From assembly GCF_028641065.1 (NCBI RefSeq), contig NC_073386.1:60946001-61010000 (forward strand): a stretch of DNA of 64,000 bases, written 5' to 3'. Below the pieces are notes generated by a model, which saw only the letters and a list, made by a program, of their open reading frames with translations, did not search any database and was not told the DNA's origin. This stretch comes from Leucoraja erinacea. Taxonomy: Eukaryota. Made by a program: the position numbers and the translations under genes. This document shows positions 1 to 14,408 of the stretch, piece after piece (positions within the stretch are counted from its first letter, which is position 1; each line of letters starts with the position of its first letter).

Positions 1-17
1 GGGGGGGGGGGGGGGGG

Positions 18-470
18 TGGAAGAAGAAAGGAAGAGGAGGAGCCAGAGGGCTGAGGGAGAGATGAGAAGGGGAGGAGACAGTAAGGACTGCCTGAAATTA
101 GGAAAGTCAATGTTCATACCACTGAGGTACAAATATGAGGTGCTGCTCCTCCAGTGTACGGTGGGCCTCACTCTGGCCATGGAGGAGGGCCCAGGACAGA
201 AAGGTTGGATTTGGAATGGGAGGGGGAGTTGAAGTGCTGAGCCACCGGGAGATCAGGTTGGTTATTGTAAACCGAGCGGAGGTGTTCGGTGAAGAGATCG
301 CCAAGCCTATGTTTGGTCTCGCCAATGCAGAGCAGCTGACATCTAGAGCAGCGGATGCAATAGATGTGGTTGGTGGAGGTGCAGGTGAACCTCTGCCGCA
401 CCTGGAACAACTGCTTGGGTCCTTGAATGGAGTTGAGGGGGGAGGTAAAGCGGCACGTGTAGCATTTCTG
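18..470 (-). mobile_element. Penelope-like element, GIY-YIG endonuclease fragment
   Basis: FTCTSTNHIYCIRCSRCQLLCIGETKHRLGDLFTEHLRSV...VAQHFN. Confidence 0.85.
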
Positions 471-1980
471 GAGAGAGGAATGGGTGAGACCCTTCTTGGG
501 CTAAGAACTCCTTCGACCTTCCACAACTATGTTCGCGAACTCCTCCGAGAATGTCTATGAATTCCCACGACTATTTCGATGCCCTTCTTACGAGTAAAAT
601 ATTGCAATTTTTATCATCCCGACCATTTTTTTACTCATGGACATTTTTTATCGGGCTGGCAAAAACGTCCCGACTTACCTGATGCCACGAGTACCTACGG
701 CTGGCATAACGAGCCACTAAGATATATCCATGAACTCCTACGACTTCCTACGGATTTGTTACGAACTTTCTGCGAGTTTGAATCAAGGGGAAAACTAGGG
801 AGAATTTGTGCATAACTTGTGAAAGTGGGACAGGCCCTTTAGGAGGGAGAGATACTTCAGCCATGATAGAATGGCGGAGTAGACTTGAGGAGCCAAATGG
901 CCTAAGTCATTTCGTATCACATGACCTTTTGTCCAAATTCTCCATCAAATGTTATTTCATAAATTTCTGTTGGATTTCACTCATTAAACTTACTTAGTGC
1001 CAGTGCATTTCTTTTATTGCAGACAAAAAGCTCTGCATGCATATCAATCATAGGACCAAGGTGAGGGGAGATATTTAATTAGGACCCAAGGACCTGAGGA
1101 GCAAGAGAGTGGTGAGTGTATGGAACGTGCTGCCAGACGAGGTAGTTGAGGCAGGAACTATAAGAATATTTAAAAGACAGGTATGGGGATGGTCACATGC
1201 ATGTTAAATGGGACTAGCTTAGACAGCATGGACAAGGACTAGAGGTCGTAGCCTCAGAATTAAAGGACGTTCCTTTAGGAAGGAGATGAGGAGGAATTTC
1301 TTTAGTCAGAGGGTGGTGAACCTGTGGAGTTCTTATTATATACAGTATGTTTCCATACTGTACGATTCTAGGACTCTGCAAAGGAGGATCGCAGGCAATG
1401 AGGTACAAAACAGTCTTGTGTAGGAAGGACCTAGTTTACACCGAAGATAGACACAAAATGCTGGAGTAACTCAGCGGGACAGGCAGCACCTCTGGAGAGA
1501 AGGAATGGGTGACGATTCGGGTCGAGACCTTCCTTCAGTCTGTCCTCATCCCAGGAGCCAATGACACAGTGAATATCTGAAGCAGAATGCTGGTTGAGCG
1601 GTAATTAGTACAGGAGTAAGACATTTATATTAGGATCTCTTGAAACTCGATTGCAGCTGAGGTGATCACTGTAAAATTATGTTATAATGAGGCAGATAAC
1701 AATGCCATTGGCAGATTAACAGGTTTGATTATAACAGGTTAGCTCTGACATTATTGACTGTTCAAGGCTTTGTGGGGTTTATTATTAATTATCCAATCTC
1801 TTTCAAATAACCATTATTCTAAAAATACATAATCACATATCTAAAACGACTGTTTTTTTTAATTAAATGCTGCTTCGAAGCACAGTTTATCAATTTGCAT
1901 GTGCATTGCATTGAATATGTTGTTGTAAGAAGTGTCGGTGAGATGGGGTGAGACTGGCCCAGAGGCAATGCAGCAAAGGG

Positions 1981-2243
1981 CACAGAGTGTTGGAGTAACT
2001 CAGTGGGTCAGGCAGCATCTGTGGAGAACATGGATAGGTGACGTTTCACAGAGTGCTGGAGTAAACTCAGCGGGTCAGGCAGCATCTGTGGAGAACATGG
2101 ATAGGAGACGTTTCACAGAGTGCTGGAGTAACTCAGCGGGTCAGGCAACATCTCTGGAGAACATGGATCGGTGATGTTTCACAGTGCTGGAGTAACTCAG
2201 TGGGTAAGACAGCATCTCCAGAGATCAAGGATAGGTGACGTTT
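1981..2243. repeat. ~66-bp tandem array (x4) derived from the Penelope terminal repeat
   Basis: CACAGAGTGCTGGAGTAACTCAGCGGGTCAGGCAGCATCT.TGGAGAACATGGATAGGTGACGTTT repeated. Confidence 0.9.
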
Positions 2244-2362
2244 AGGGTTGAGACCCTTCTTTAGACCAAAGGAAATGGACTGCAACAGTAGCTGATGGTA
2301 GGCACAAAATGTTGGAATAACTCAGCGGGGACAGGCAGCATCTCTGGAGAGAAGGAATGGCA

Positions 2363-2390
2363 GACATTTCGGGTCGAGACCCTTCTTCAG
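2363..2390 (-). ncRNA. Minimal hammerhead-ribozyme-like motif
   Basis: CUGAAGA-A-GGGUC-UC-GACCC-GAAA-UG-UC. Confidence 0.55.
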
Positions 2391-3046
2391 ACTGCAGCTG
2401 ATGCTGTTTGAAGTAGAATGGTTTCACAAAGGAGAAAATTATAATTCATTAAACATTCTTCCTGTAAATGTTCCCCTTTTTCCATTCTTACATGTTGATA
2501 TTAATGAACTACAAGCTGGCATATCATGCATTGAAGTATTTTACATTCAAAGGCTGTAATTAAGCCTTAGACATCTGCCTGCAGTCTGGAGACCACTTGA
2601 CAACGATTCACTATTTATATCCTGTACGGTTTGATAATTTGTAGGTTTGAGCTAATCTTTGCGTTCAACCTTACTTTGATCAGAGTCAAATTTATTTTGT
2701 TTTCTCCAGACATTACTGATGTATCTGGTAACCTTAATGTAAATCTTGGAGCCCTTGGCTACATTTTCAGTTCAAAGCCGTCCTTTGTATAGATTTCAAT
2801 GCACAGCATACCACAGCAACGGAATACGAGAGACGGAAGGGCTTTATTTGTTGATAAAGTACTGACTGAATTGTAATTGTAAGGCAAACAGTATTAACCG
2901 GCACACATTGGGAGGAACACAAAAATACTTTCTTTGGAATCTGGTGCAGAATTTGATTTCCACTAACAAAAAAATATTGCATTTACTAAATGAACTGCAG
3001 CTGAATCCATGCAAGTGAGGTTTCTCTCTGCTGATGTGTAGCTGAG

Positions 3047-3553
3047 AACATAGAAACATAGAATATAGGTGCAGGAGTAGGCCATTCGGCCCTTCGAGCC
3101 TGCACCGCCATTCAATATGATCATGGCTGATCATCCAACTCAGTATCCCGTACCTGCCTTCTCTCCATACCTCCTGATCCCTTTAGCCACAAGGGCCACA
3201 TCTATCTCCCTTTTAAATATAGCTAATGAACTGGCCTCATTTACGTTCTGTGGCAGAAAATTCCAGAGATTCACCACTCTCTGTGTGAAAAAAGTTTTCT
3301 CAACTCGGTCCTAAAGGATTTCCCCCTTATCCTTAAACTATGACCCCTTGTTCCGGACTTCCCCAACATCGGGAACAATCTTCCTGCATCTACCCTGTCC
3401 GACCCCTTAAGAATTTTGTAAGTTTCTATACGATCCCCCCTCAATCTCCTAAATTCTAGAGAGTATAAACCAAGTCTATCCAGTCTTTCTTCATAAGACA
3501 GTCCTGACATCCCAGGAATCAGTGTGGTGAACCTTCTCTGCACTCCCTCTATG
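3047..3553 (-). mobile_element. CR1 3' end
   Basis: RLGLYSLEFRRLRGD, 3' UTR and tail. Similar short ends at 45727-46041, 38508-38972 and 24430-24650. Confidence 0.85.
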
Positions 3554-4324
3554 AACAATTGTTTTGTTTTTAATTTACTGATACAGCATGGTAACAGGCC
3601 CTACTGCCACCGAGTCCGCACCGACCAGGGATTCCTGCACATTAACACTACCTACACATGCAAGGAACAATTTACACTCACTGTATGGTCTCAGAGTTAA
3701 GGCCCATAGACTCTGGGCAACAACACCTCTGTACACAGCCCTCTCAGATAGCCCTAGAGAGTCGCCAGTGAAACTGATTGCTGTAGGACTCTGAGAGAAG
3801 CAAAGGATAGGGGATCAGACGAGGGAAAATGATGGTTCCAATGCACTTTTATGGAGCAACGAGTATTTAGTTTAGTTTAGTGTATTGTCAGCGGTAACGA
3901 GGTACAGTGAAAAGTTGTTTGATTGGGTGCTAATCAGTCAGCTGAAAGACTATACATGATCACACAAAGCTGCCTCCCATCCATTGACTCCATTTATACC
4001 TCACGCTGCCGCGGCAAGGCCAGAAGCAAATACGAAGACGAGTCTATCTTCTCCTGGCCACGCCATCTTCTCCGCTCTCCCATCAGGCAATAGGTACAGA
4101 AGTATGAAAACGCACACCTCCAGGTAACCTACAAACTTGTACGTCATTGGAGTGTGGGAGGGGGAAACCAAAGATCTCGAAGAAAGCCCACACAGTCACG
4201 GGGGAGAACGTACAAACTCCGTACAGACAGCACCAATAGTCAGGATCGCACCCGGGTATCTGGCGCTGCAAGCACTGTAAGGCTGCAACTCTACCGCTGC
4301 GCCACCGTGCCACCCAATTGTGTG

Positions 4325-5590
4325 TAGAACTCGACTCCATCCCCCGGTCCAATACCTCCCCACCTCTGTCCAAGACGCCCTTCGTCTCCTCAATGACTTC
4401 CGTTTTCCAGGCCCCCACTCCCTCATCTTTATTATGGATGTCCAGTCACTCTTGCACTTTCATCCCCCACCTGGAGGGTGGACTGCAGAACCATCCAATT
4501 TCCATCCACCACTACTCTCCTCCGCCTAGCAGAGCTGGTCCTTAACCTCAACAACTCCTCCCACTTCCTCCAAATCCAAGGCGTAGCTATGGGCACTCGC
4601 GTGGGCCCCAGCTCTTTGTAGGGTACGTTGAACAATCCCATTGGCCCTAACCCCAAACTCTACCTCGGCTGCATTAATGGCTGCATTGGTGCTACCTCTT
4701 GCACCCATGCAGAACTCACCAACTTCATCAACTTCACCACTAATTTCCATCCGGCACTCAAATCCACTAAGACCATCTCCCACACCTCTCTCCCATTTCC
4801 AGATCTCACCGTCTCCACCACAGGAAACAAACTATTGACTGACATCTACTACAAACCCACTGACTCCCATAGCTATCTAGACTACATTTCTTCCCACACT
4901 GCTTCCTGTAAAGACTCTATCCTCTAGTCCCAATTCTTGTGCCCAGGATGAGGTGCTCCATACCCGGGCATCGGAGATGTCCTCATTCTTTAGGGAACGA
5001 TGGTTCCCCTCTTCCATTATAGATGAGGCTCTCACTAGGGTCTCCTCGATATCCCACAGCTCTGCTCTTGCTCCCCCTCCCCCCATTCGTAACAAGGACA
5101 GAGTCCCCCTTGTCCTCACCTTCCACCCCACTAACCGTAGCATAAATCATATAATACTCCAACCTTTTCTCCACCTCCACCGGGATCCCACCACTGGCCA
5201 CATCTTCCCATCACCCCTTTCTGCTTTCCGCGGAGACCGTTCCCTCCGCAACTCCCTGGTCAACCCCTCCCCAGGTACTTCCCCTGCAAACCGCAGGAGA
5301 TGCAACACCTGTCCCCTTTAACCCCCTCCTCGACTCCATCCAATAACCTCATCAGTCTTTCCAGATGAGGCAGAGCTTCACTTGTACCTCCTCCAAACTC
5401 ATCTACTGTATCCGCTGTTCCAGGTGTCAACTTCTCTACAGCGGCGAGGACCAAACGCAGGCTCGGCGATCGTTTTGCTGAACTACTCTGCCTAAACCTA
5501 CCTGATCAACACTTTAACTCTCACCTTCCAGTCCCCCCTCTAACCTTTCTGTCCTGGGCCTCCTCCACTGTCAGAGTGAGGCCCAGCACA
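4325..5590 (+). mobile_element. Degenerate Penelope-like element (RT C-terminal part plus GIY-YIG)
   Basis: QGVAMGT, TDIYYKPTDSHSYLDY, PLVLTFHP and IYCIRC motifs. Confidence 0.85.
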
Positions 5591-7034
5591 GATGCTGCCT
5601 GGCCGCTGAGTTCTTCCAGCACGTTGTGCTTGTTTGCTTTGTACTTTCTCCCTGTGATCTCGTGGGTTTTCTCCGGGTGCTCTGGTTTCCTCCCACATTC
5701 CAAAGTCGGGAAGGATGGAGGCTTCTGTAAATTGTCCCTAGTGCGTTGAATAGAACCTGTGTACGGGGGGTGAACTGCTGTGGTCGGCACGGACTCGGCG
5801 GGCCAAAGGGCTTGTTTCCGCGCTGTATCTCTAAATTAAATAAAACTAAACTGTTCAATGTTTAATGCCCTCTGTGGATTACACAGACATCAGGCAGGCA
5901 GGAGAATGGGGTTAGGAGGGAAAGGTAGATCAGCCGTGATTGAATGACAGAGTAGACCTGATGGGCCGAAAGGGCCAAATTCTACTCCTATCACTTATGA
6001 TCTTATGATCTTATATCGCAGGCTTGCAGATAGATACGGCAGTACGGCTGCAGGGATCTCCGTTAATCCTGCATTATACACAATGCAATGTGAGTATGGT
6101 GCTTGCTGGGAGACCACAAATCCTATTCCTTTTCTCCAGAGATGCTGCCTGACCCGCTGAGTTACTCCAGCACTCTGTGCCTCTCTCAACTCTGGCACCT
6201 GGCTCTGTCGGCCGTGGCTCCACACAGCCACCTGCTGGTGGCAGGCAGCATGACAAGCAAAAACCATCGGACACTCAAAGGGGGTAACATCCAGATCACC
6301 TGATACAGCGGGGACTGAAGGAGGGTCAACCCAAAAGGTCGTCTGTCCATTCCCTCCATAGATGCTGTCTGACCTGCTCAGTCATAGTCATAGAGCCAAT
6401 ACAGTATGGAAACAGGCCTTCGGCCCAACTTACCCACACAGACCAAAGATGCCCCATCTATACTTGTCCCAAACTGACCATGCCTCTAAACCTTTCCTAT
6501 CCATATACCTGTCCCAAGAGTCTTTTAAAAAAGTTGTTAACATCTTTAATTTTATGTTACTAGGACTTTACCTTGCCCTGAATGTTATCCCCTTAATCCT
6601 GTTTCTATGCAATGTGGACGGCTTATTTGTAACCAGGTTCAGTCTAGTTTATAGTCACGTGTACCGAGGTACAGTGAAAAGCTTTTGTTGCGTGCTAACC
6701 AGTCAGCGGGAAACACTATACATGATTACAATTGAGCCATTCATAGTGTATACATGATAAAGGAATAACGGTTTAATACAAGGTAAAACTAGCAAAGTCT
6801 GATCAAAGGTAGTCCCAAGGGTCACCAATGAGGCAGATAGTAGTTCAGGATTGCTCTCTGGTTGTGGTAGGTTGGTTCAGTTGCCTGATGACAGCTGGGA
6901 AGAAACTGCCTCTGAATCTGGAGGTGTGCGTTTTTCACACTTCCGTATCTTGTGGCCTGATGGTGGAATTCTCTGCCTCAGAGGGCGATTTCTCTGGATG
7001 CTTTCAAGAGAGAGCAGGATAGGACTCTTAAGAT

Positions 7035-7537
7035 AGAAATATTACCATCTGGTTTGGGGAATTGCTCTGCCCAGGACAAGAAGGCTCTGCAGAGAGTAGT
7101 GTGTTCGGCCGAACGCACTATGGGAACTTCACTCACCCCCCTGCAGGAACTATACAACAGGAGGTGCAACTCCAGAGCCAATAAAATCATGGGAGACCCC
7201 CTCCACCCCTGCAACGAACTGTTCCAGCTGCTACGGTCAGGCAAACGCCTCCGTTGCCATGCTGTGAGAACGGAGAGAGGTTGAGAAGGAGTTTCTTCCC
7301 AGAGGCCATTCGGACTGTAAACTCCTATCTCACCAGGGACTAACTCTACTGAACATTTTTCCTTCCACCCACAATATTTAACGTAAAAGAATATGTGATT
7401 CTGTTTGTAGTTTGTTTGGTTGTTTGTGTTGTTTGTCTTTTTTGTGCACAATGTCCGCGAGCATTGCCATTTTTCATTTCACTGCACATCTCGTATGTGT
7501 GATGTGACGAATAAACTTGACTTGACTTGACTTGACT
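7035..7537 (+). mobile_element. Rex/Babar- or L2-like LINE 3' end
   Basis: WFGNCSAQDKKALQRVV...LFQLLRSGKR motif and (CTTGA)n tail. Confidence 0.7.
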
Positions 7538-9143
7538 AAAGATAGCGGAGTCATGGGATATGGGGGTGAAGGCAGGAAAGGGGTACTGATTGAGGATGCC
7601 TCAGCCATGATCACATTGAATGGCGGTGCTGGCTCGAAGGGCCAAATGGCTGACTCCTGCACCTATTGTCTATTGTCTATTGGGAGAGGGGAGGAGAGGG
7701 AGTGGCCACGGGTGTGGACTCATCCTGATTATGCCGCTGGCCTTGCCACGGCAGCGTGAGGTATAAATGGAATCAATGTAAGGGAGGTTGGTTTGTGTGA
7801 TCATGTATAGTCTTTCAGCTGACTGGTTAGAACACAATAAAGCAACTTTTTCACTGACCTCATTACCGGTGACAATAAACTAAACTAAGCTAAACACTCG
7901 TTGTTCCACAATAAGCCATCGGAACCCGCATTTTGCTCGGTCTGATCCCATTATCCTTTGCTTCTTTCAGGATTCCTACAGCAATCCAGTTCACTATCGA
8001 CTCTCTAGGGCAATCTGTGAGGGCTGTGTACAGAGGTGTTGTTTCCCCCCCAGAGTCTATGGGCCTTAACTCTGAGACCATACATTGATAGTTCAAGTCT
8101 TGACAAGTGAGAGTGCCTCAACATCAAACAATCCCTCTCACAGTCTGTATGTCTCAACCACAGTCACACGCAGCGACTGCAAGGTGCAGGCACAACGTAC
8201 ACATCAGGTCGACATTGGCACACACATCATCACATGTTGTATAGTTACAGCTAGAATGATTTGGCCAGAAACATTCAGACTAGGATCCAACTACTGACTG
8301 CAGCAGATGGAGTCGTCTGGGATTATATCAATATTTAACATACGGAGTGTTTGCCACCTTAAAAAAATAAAATATTGTTTCTACTTCTCATAGCAGAAGG
8401 CACAGTCGATGGAATATGCCCTCGTGGACACAAGGAAATGCAGACACTGGAATCTTGCAGGGAACATAGAAATGCTGGAGTAACTCAATGGGTCATGGCA
8501 GCATCTTTGAACGACCTAGGACATGCTTGGGATCCCAGCCCATCTTACAAAGACTGGCGCGATTAGGAAATATGGCCTCATAAACTCCACGACCCTGGTT
8601 CAATTCTGACCTCTGACGGGCTGCCGTCAGTGTGGAGTTTGCAGGGGTCACCATGGTGACCGCATGGGGACTGTGACTGAGTGGGACCAAGGATCTGCAT
8701 TTGTAACCTCACGCTGCTCGGCAAGGCCAGCAGCATAATCAAGGACGAGTCCACACCCTGGCCATTCCCTCTTCTCCCTCTCCCATCAGGCAAAGGGTAT
8801 AGACGTGGTGAAAACGCACACCTCCAGATTCAGGGACAGTTCTTCCCAGCTGTTATCAGGCAACTGAATCAGCCTACCACAACCAGAGAGCAGTGCTGGA
8901 TAATATCTACCTCATTGGTGACTCCTCGGACTATCCTTGAAACGGAATGTTGCTGGCTTTACCTGCACTAAACGTTTATTCCCTTGTCATATCTGTACAT
9001 TGTAAAATGGCTCGATGGTAATCATGTATTGTCTTTCTGTATGGACTCGGTTAACACGCAACAACAGCTTTTCACTGTACCTCGGTACACGTGACAATAA
9101 ACTAAATGGAACTGAACTGTTTCTATGCATCTATCCATCCTAA

Positions 9144-9381
9144 AGGGCCTGTCCCACTTTCACGACCTAATTCATCATGCTAGAAAAAACGCCGTCCACG
9201 ACCTACTGAGGTCATGAAGTACCTACGACTTGCATTCACGGCCTGCTACGACCTAGCTACGACTCTACGGCTCCTACAACCCCCAGTTTTTTGTTTTTGC
9301 TTGCGAGTATGAGTCAAGGGAAGACTCGGCAGGGGTCTTTTTTTTCGTGAATTAGGTCGGTGAAAAAGTGGGACAGGCCCT
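9144..9381. mobile_element. PIF/Harbinger-type MITE
   Basis: TIR AGGGCCTGTCCCACTT at both ends with a TAA target duplication. Confidence 0.85.
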
Positions 9382-10023
9382 TAAAGGCCCAACATCGCCT
9401 AGTTAATCAATAACATTTACCCAAAGCAGTCACTAAATGACGTCCAAGAGACATACCCCAGCTCAACGCAAGTAAAGCCATACCAATTCAACAACAACAG
9501 ATCACAGAACCCGAATTGTTCGAACAAAAAAGCTAGAGTAACTCAGCGGGTCAAACAACATCTCCGGATAGAACGGATAGTGGACGTTTAGGGGTCGAGG
9601 ACACTTCCACAGACCTTTGAACCCGACCTTTGACCAGGGTTTCAATACATGGTTAACTTTGCTTCCAGTCGACGTTATACATACGTAATTATAGAGAAGG
9701 ATCACAGCGGGCAACAAAAACATCGACTTGTTTTTCCAGATCAGTTACTATCCTGGTTGCATCTGGAAAATCGTTGTGAAACTACAATGTGGAACAGATT
9801 TCCGTGAGAAATTTCGTGATTTGAACTTGATGTCTAAAAATGTGCTTGTCTCCATACTGTCCCGAAATTCTGCTCTCGGGCATATCAAAAAAAAAACATG
9901 TACACCAAAACAATGTTCTACTTGTCTACTGGTAAACGAACATATATGTGCTGATTCCGACACTTTGTAACATCGGTCTAACTAAGGTGACATTTGACAT
10001 TGCTTAGATAGACAATACTGTAA

Positions 10024-10352
10024 AGTGCTGGAGTAATTCAGCGGGTCAGGCAGCATCTGTGGAGAACATGGATAGGGGACGTTTCACAGAGTGCTGGAGT
10101 AACTCAGCGGGTCAGGCAGCATCTCTGGAGAACATGAATAGGTGACGTTTCACAGAGTGCTGGAGTAACTCAGCGGGTCAGGCAGGCAGCATCTCTGTAG
10201 AACATTGGATAGGTGATGTTTCACAGAGTGCTGGAGTAACTCAGGGGGTTCAGGCAGCATCTGTGGAGAACATGGATAGGTGGACGTTTCACAGAGTGCT
10301 GGAGGTAAATCAGCGGGCAGCAGCATCTCTGGGAGAACCTGGATAGGCTGAC
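10024..10352. repeat. ~66-bp tandem array (x5), same unit
   Basis: Same unit as 1981-2243. Confidence 0.9.
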
Positions 10353-11110
10353 GATAGGACCTGGTCCGATCTGGAACAAAATATTTGAAATCTTCACAAA
10401 ATTATTTAAAATAAAACTTGTACCCAAAAAGCAGAAGAATGGATCTTTTTGGTTTGGAATATCGGTAAGGTAATCCAAGAATTAAAGAGTTTCAAAAGAA
10501 CTTACTAATCGGGCTAATAATGGGAAAAAAGCTTGTTTTTTTATACTTCAAATTTTTTTGGAAAAATGCGCCAATACTAACAATAAAAATGGGGATTCAA
10601 ACATGTTCGAAAACACTACACTTGGAAGAGATGAGACTCCTCATAGCAGGCCAAGCAGATCACTTTCCAAAAGACGTGGTCTGCATTTATGGAAAACTAT
10701 TACAAGCATAAGGTGCAATAGTCATTTAAAATAAAATGGTACCAGGATCTGGTAACGGGGTGGTAATAAAATAAATTAAAAAAAGAAAAACACGGTTGTA
10801 TAATCCTATTTTTGCGGAGTTTTGTGTATACAATAGAGCGATTGTTTTTCGTTTTTTTTCTTTCTTTCTAGGGTCTATTTCCTTTCTTTACTCCTTCTCG
10901 ATACTCTTCACCTAAGGGGCTTTCTTTTCCCAACACTTTTCCTCGCACCCTTCACGACTCTTGCTCACTTCCTTATTTCGTTTATTTTATCTTTTTTAAA
11001 GCTTCGAAAAAAAACGAAGTGGTATACAACAAATGTAATAAAAGATATATCTGATGTGTAGTATTGTAAGTTACGGTAATTCTAATAAAAAAATCAAATA
11101 TATATATATT
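10350..11110 (+). mobile_element. Second, indel-rich copy of the same L1 3' end
   Basis: Collinear with 19585-20280. Confidence 0.85.
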
Positions 11111-11320
11111 TTGTTTTTTTAAAGGATTTACCTGGTTACCCTTGTTGGACAGCACCCCTCCCCCCCCACCACGTCGGGTCACCCTTTGTATCGGCTGTCT
11201 GTCCGACATCACGACCGCAGCCACCCACAAGCCTGACCATCCTCGACGTACAGATGCGTGATGGAATAACAGGGCGGCACAGTGGCGTAGGGGTAGTGCT
11301 ACTGCCTCTCAGCGCCAGTA

Positions 11321-11351
<31 letters not shown>

Positions 11352-12979
11352 CCGGATTCCAGCCCGACTACAGGTGGCTGTCTGTACGGAGTTGTACGTT
11401 CTCCCGTCACACTGCGTGAATTTCTCCGACATCTTCTGTCCTTCCAGACTTAAAGAATTAAAGGTTTTATGCTGGCTTGTTGTAGATGGAAATTGTCCTA
11501 GTGTGTGACTAGGGTAGTGTTAATGTGAGGCGACGCGCTGCATCGCCTGGGTGTGGACTCGATGGGGCCGAATGGGTCCGTCGTTCGCGCTGTTTTCTGA
11601 ACTAAAACGGACCCCACGTTTGGCACTATGACCAACATTTTGCAAGAATATATTATTGAACTTTTCGTGTTTATACTATATTATCATACGGGAAAACTGT
11701 GTTTACAACCCATAACAGGCTGTCAGTAAGAATTTCATTTATTCTAATTTCGGGGACATAGGACAAGGTAAACACTCTTGGACCCTTGACTTGTGGACCT
11801 CTACTCTCAGTATCAAGAAGGGTTCTGAACCCGAAACGTCACACGGGTCTGTATCCAGAGATGCCTGTCTGGCCCCGCTGAGTTACTCTAGCATTTTGTG
11901 TCTATTTTTTCTCTTGGTTGTAAAACCCGCATCTGCAGTTCATTTTATACACTGTTGAAATCCCTCTATAAAATCTACACGCGTGCAGGACTCCGCAAAG
12001 CGTTCTTTAGGAGGCTCCTTAAACCTCACGTGCCCCCTACAGTGTGGTGATATTAAAAATGATTTTTAATGCCAAAAATCTTGAGACTACGTCATTATAA
12101 GTAGTTTAACGAGTTAAATGAAGTTAAGCACAGGAGAAGAGCCCTTAGTTGCTGGAATTTCAAGGCCTCTTGGCCCACATGTTGAAATAACCCATTAGAT
12201 CTTCGTATCATTAGAGTGAGGCAGTGTGGGGACACAGGCGACTTGGTCCAATTGCACACAAACGGGCCAACATGTCCAATATACATAGTCCACCGGCCTG
12301 CGTGTTTGGGCCATATCCCTTCCTAACCCTGTCCTATCCATGTACTCGTCAACGTGTTGGGATAGTCCCCAGACTCAACTACTTACTAAGAACAGCATGT
12401 TCCATTACACACACTACCCTTAGTGGGACAAAGGTAACCCTCCGGGGTCCTATATCAATCTTTCCCCCCTCACCTTAAACCTTATGCCATCAGGTGCTTG
12501 ATTGCCCTACTCTAGCCAAGCGGCTCTGTGCGTTTACCAGATCTATTCCTTGATTGATTTTGTACAACATAATGAAATAAACTCAGCCTGGCTGCCCTCT
12601 CGCCCTTCCTCTCCTCTCTGCTGGGGTGAAAAAACAAGAGGCACAGGCAACCAGAAGGTGAATCGATGTGAGTGTAATAATCTCCTCTCCGCGCGCGTGG
12701 ATAGTTGATCCTTCCACAGATAAACTAGGGTTTACAATGGAGAGTAGTGAGTGTTGTGGAGTCAAAACATTTCACACTAACCTAAAACCTTCTCTGTAAG
12801 GGCCAAAGATTCATATGCAGCAGAGACGAGGACTATCCGCGCTCAGTGGCGAAACTAGCTCAGAGAAACAGGAGATATTATGGGCAGATATGTAAAAACA
12901 CATGGCCGAGGCATGAGAAATCATCTCACACAAACCTGTTTGGGTTTGTTGAAGCGGGTGCCCACGAAGCAGTTTCAGT

Positions 12980-13790
12980 TAGTTTAGGAAGGAATAGGTG
13001 ACGTTCGGACAGAAGAAAGCTGGGTTCTGAAACGTCCACCAAATCTTTCCCCTAGAGATGTGCATGGGGCGTTTAGAATAATGAATCCAGTTGTTGTGTC
13101 CTATCTTCAGCAATTGATTGGGTCCCTGTTTGGGACGAAACGGAGGGACTTGAGGCTCTGGTGGGGGCTGGAGTTGTGAGAGAACTGGAGTGCAGGTGAA
13201 GGAGAGGCAATGGGGGCCCTTAGGAATGGAAAGTATTGAAGAGTTGAAGGGTGTGTGGGATGTCGTGGATGTAGGTGGGAAGGACATGGGGGGGGGATGG
13301 GCTGGAGTCAAGGTGCGTGCAGTTGAGTTCAGTGGGGCAGGAGCAGGAGTCAGGCAGAGATGACGGGTCAGCCAGAGCAGTTCTGTTTTGTGGGTTTTGG
13401 GGAGAAGATTTAGAGCAGCAGGCCATGCAGGGATTGGGAAACGATAGGTTGGAGGCTGTTGGAAGACAGATCATCAGAGGTGATGAGATCAGACACAGTC
13501 TGAGAGACGAGAGATGAGGTGCTCATCTGTGGCCATCATGGTCCAAGGATAAGGAGGAGGAGGTGTCTGAGAGTTGTCGCCTGGCCTCGCCCAGTGGAGG
13601 TCAGCATGCCCAGACTAATGTCAGGGTCGCTGCTGAGTGAGTGGGGGGTTGTATATTCAGAGGGGGTTAGGTTCGAGTAGGGAAGGGCTGTGGGAAAGTG
13701 AGATAGTTGATGTCACGCTGGCAATTGGAAAGAAAAATGTAGAGAGTGGGTAGAAGGCCCTGGGGGGGAGGAGGGGTCCAGGAGGAATTC
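12980..13790 (-). mobile_element. Highly degenerate Penelope-like RT fragment
   Basis: Reverse complement resembles the 4900-5400 Penelope segment (PLVL..H, HIFPS-like). Confidence 0.5.
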
Positions 13791-14408
13791 CTCTCTCCAT
13801 TTTCCCCCTCTAGAAAACGCCCCTATGGTCTCCTCCGCCTACAGAAAAGACACAGGGAAGTCTTTTTTTGTGTTGCAGTTTTAATTTTAGTTTACAGCAT
13901 GGAAACAGGCCCTTTGGCCCACCAGGTGCAGACCAGCCATCGATCACCCTTTCACTAGCACTCTCCTACACACATAAGGGACAATTTACATGAAGCCAAT
14001 TAACCTACAAACCTGTACGTCTTTGGGATGTGGGAGGAAACCGGAGAAAAACCCACGGCAGGTCACGGGGAGAACGTACAAACTCCGTACAGACAGCACC
14101 CGTGGTCAGGATCAAAACCTGGGGTCCTGTTGACTGCAAGGTAACAGCTCTAAAACCGCTGCGCCACCGTGCTGAGTCCAATGAACTTCATGCCAAGCAA
14201 GACTTTTTGTTTGTTTCCAATTGCAGCAGGTTTTCGCATTGAAGATGTATGTAGGGGTGAATTCTGCCTTGCATTTGGCCAGGCTAGTGTGGTAGAATGA
14301 GACTGGGACAATGATCCACTCTGGTGTTCCCCAGTGTGAGTCATGTTATGTCTGTTGCGGGGAAGAAGCATGCATGAAACATCGACATCTTTAAACCAGG
14401 ACTTGTGT

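Noticed and set aside
1981-2243. CRISPR-like array
   Set aside because: No unique spacers; a eukaryotic tandem repeat.
9000-13800. Apparently novel diverged repeat variants
   Set aside because: Dense 1-bp indels relative to other copies suggest a low-quality consensus.
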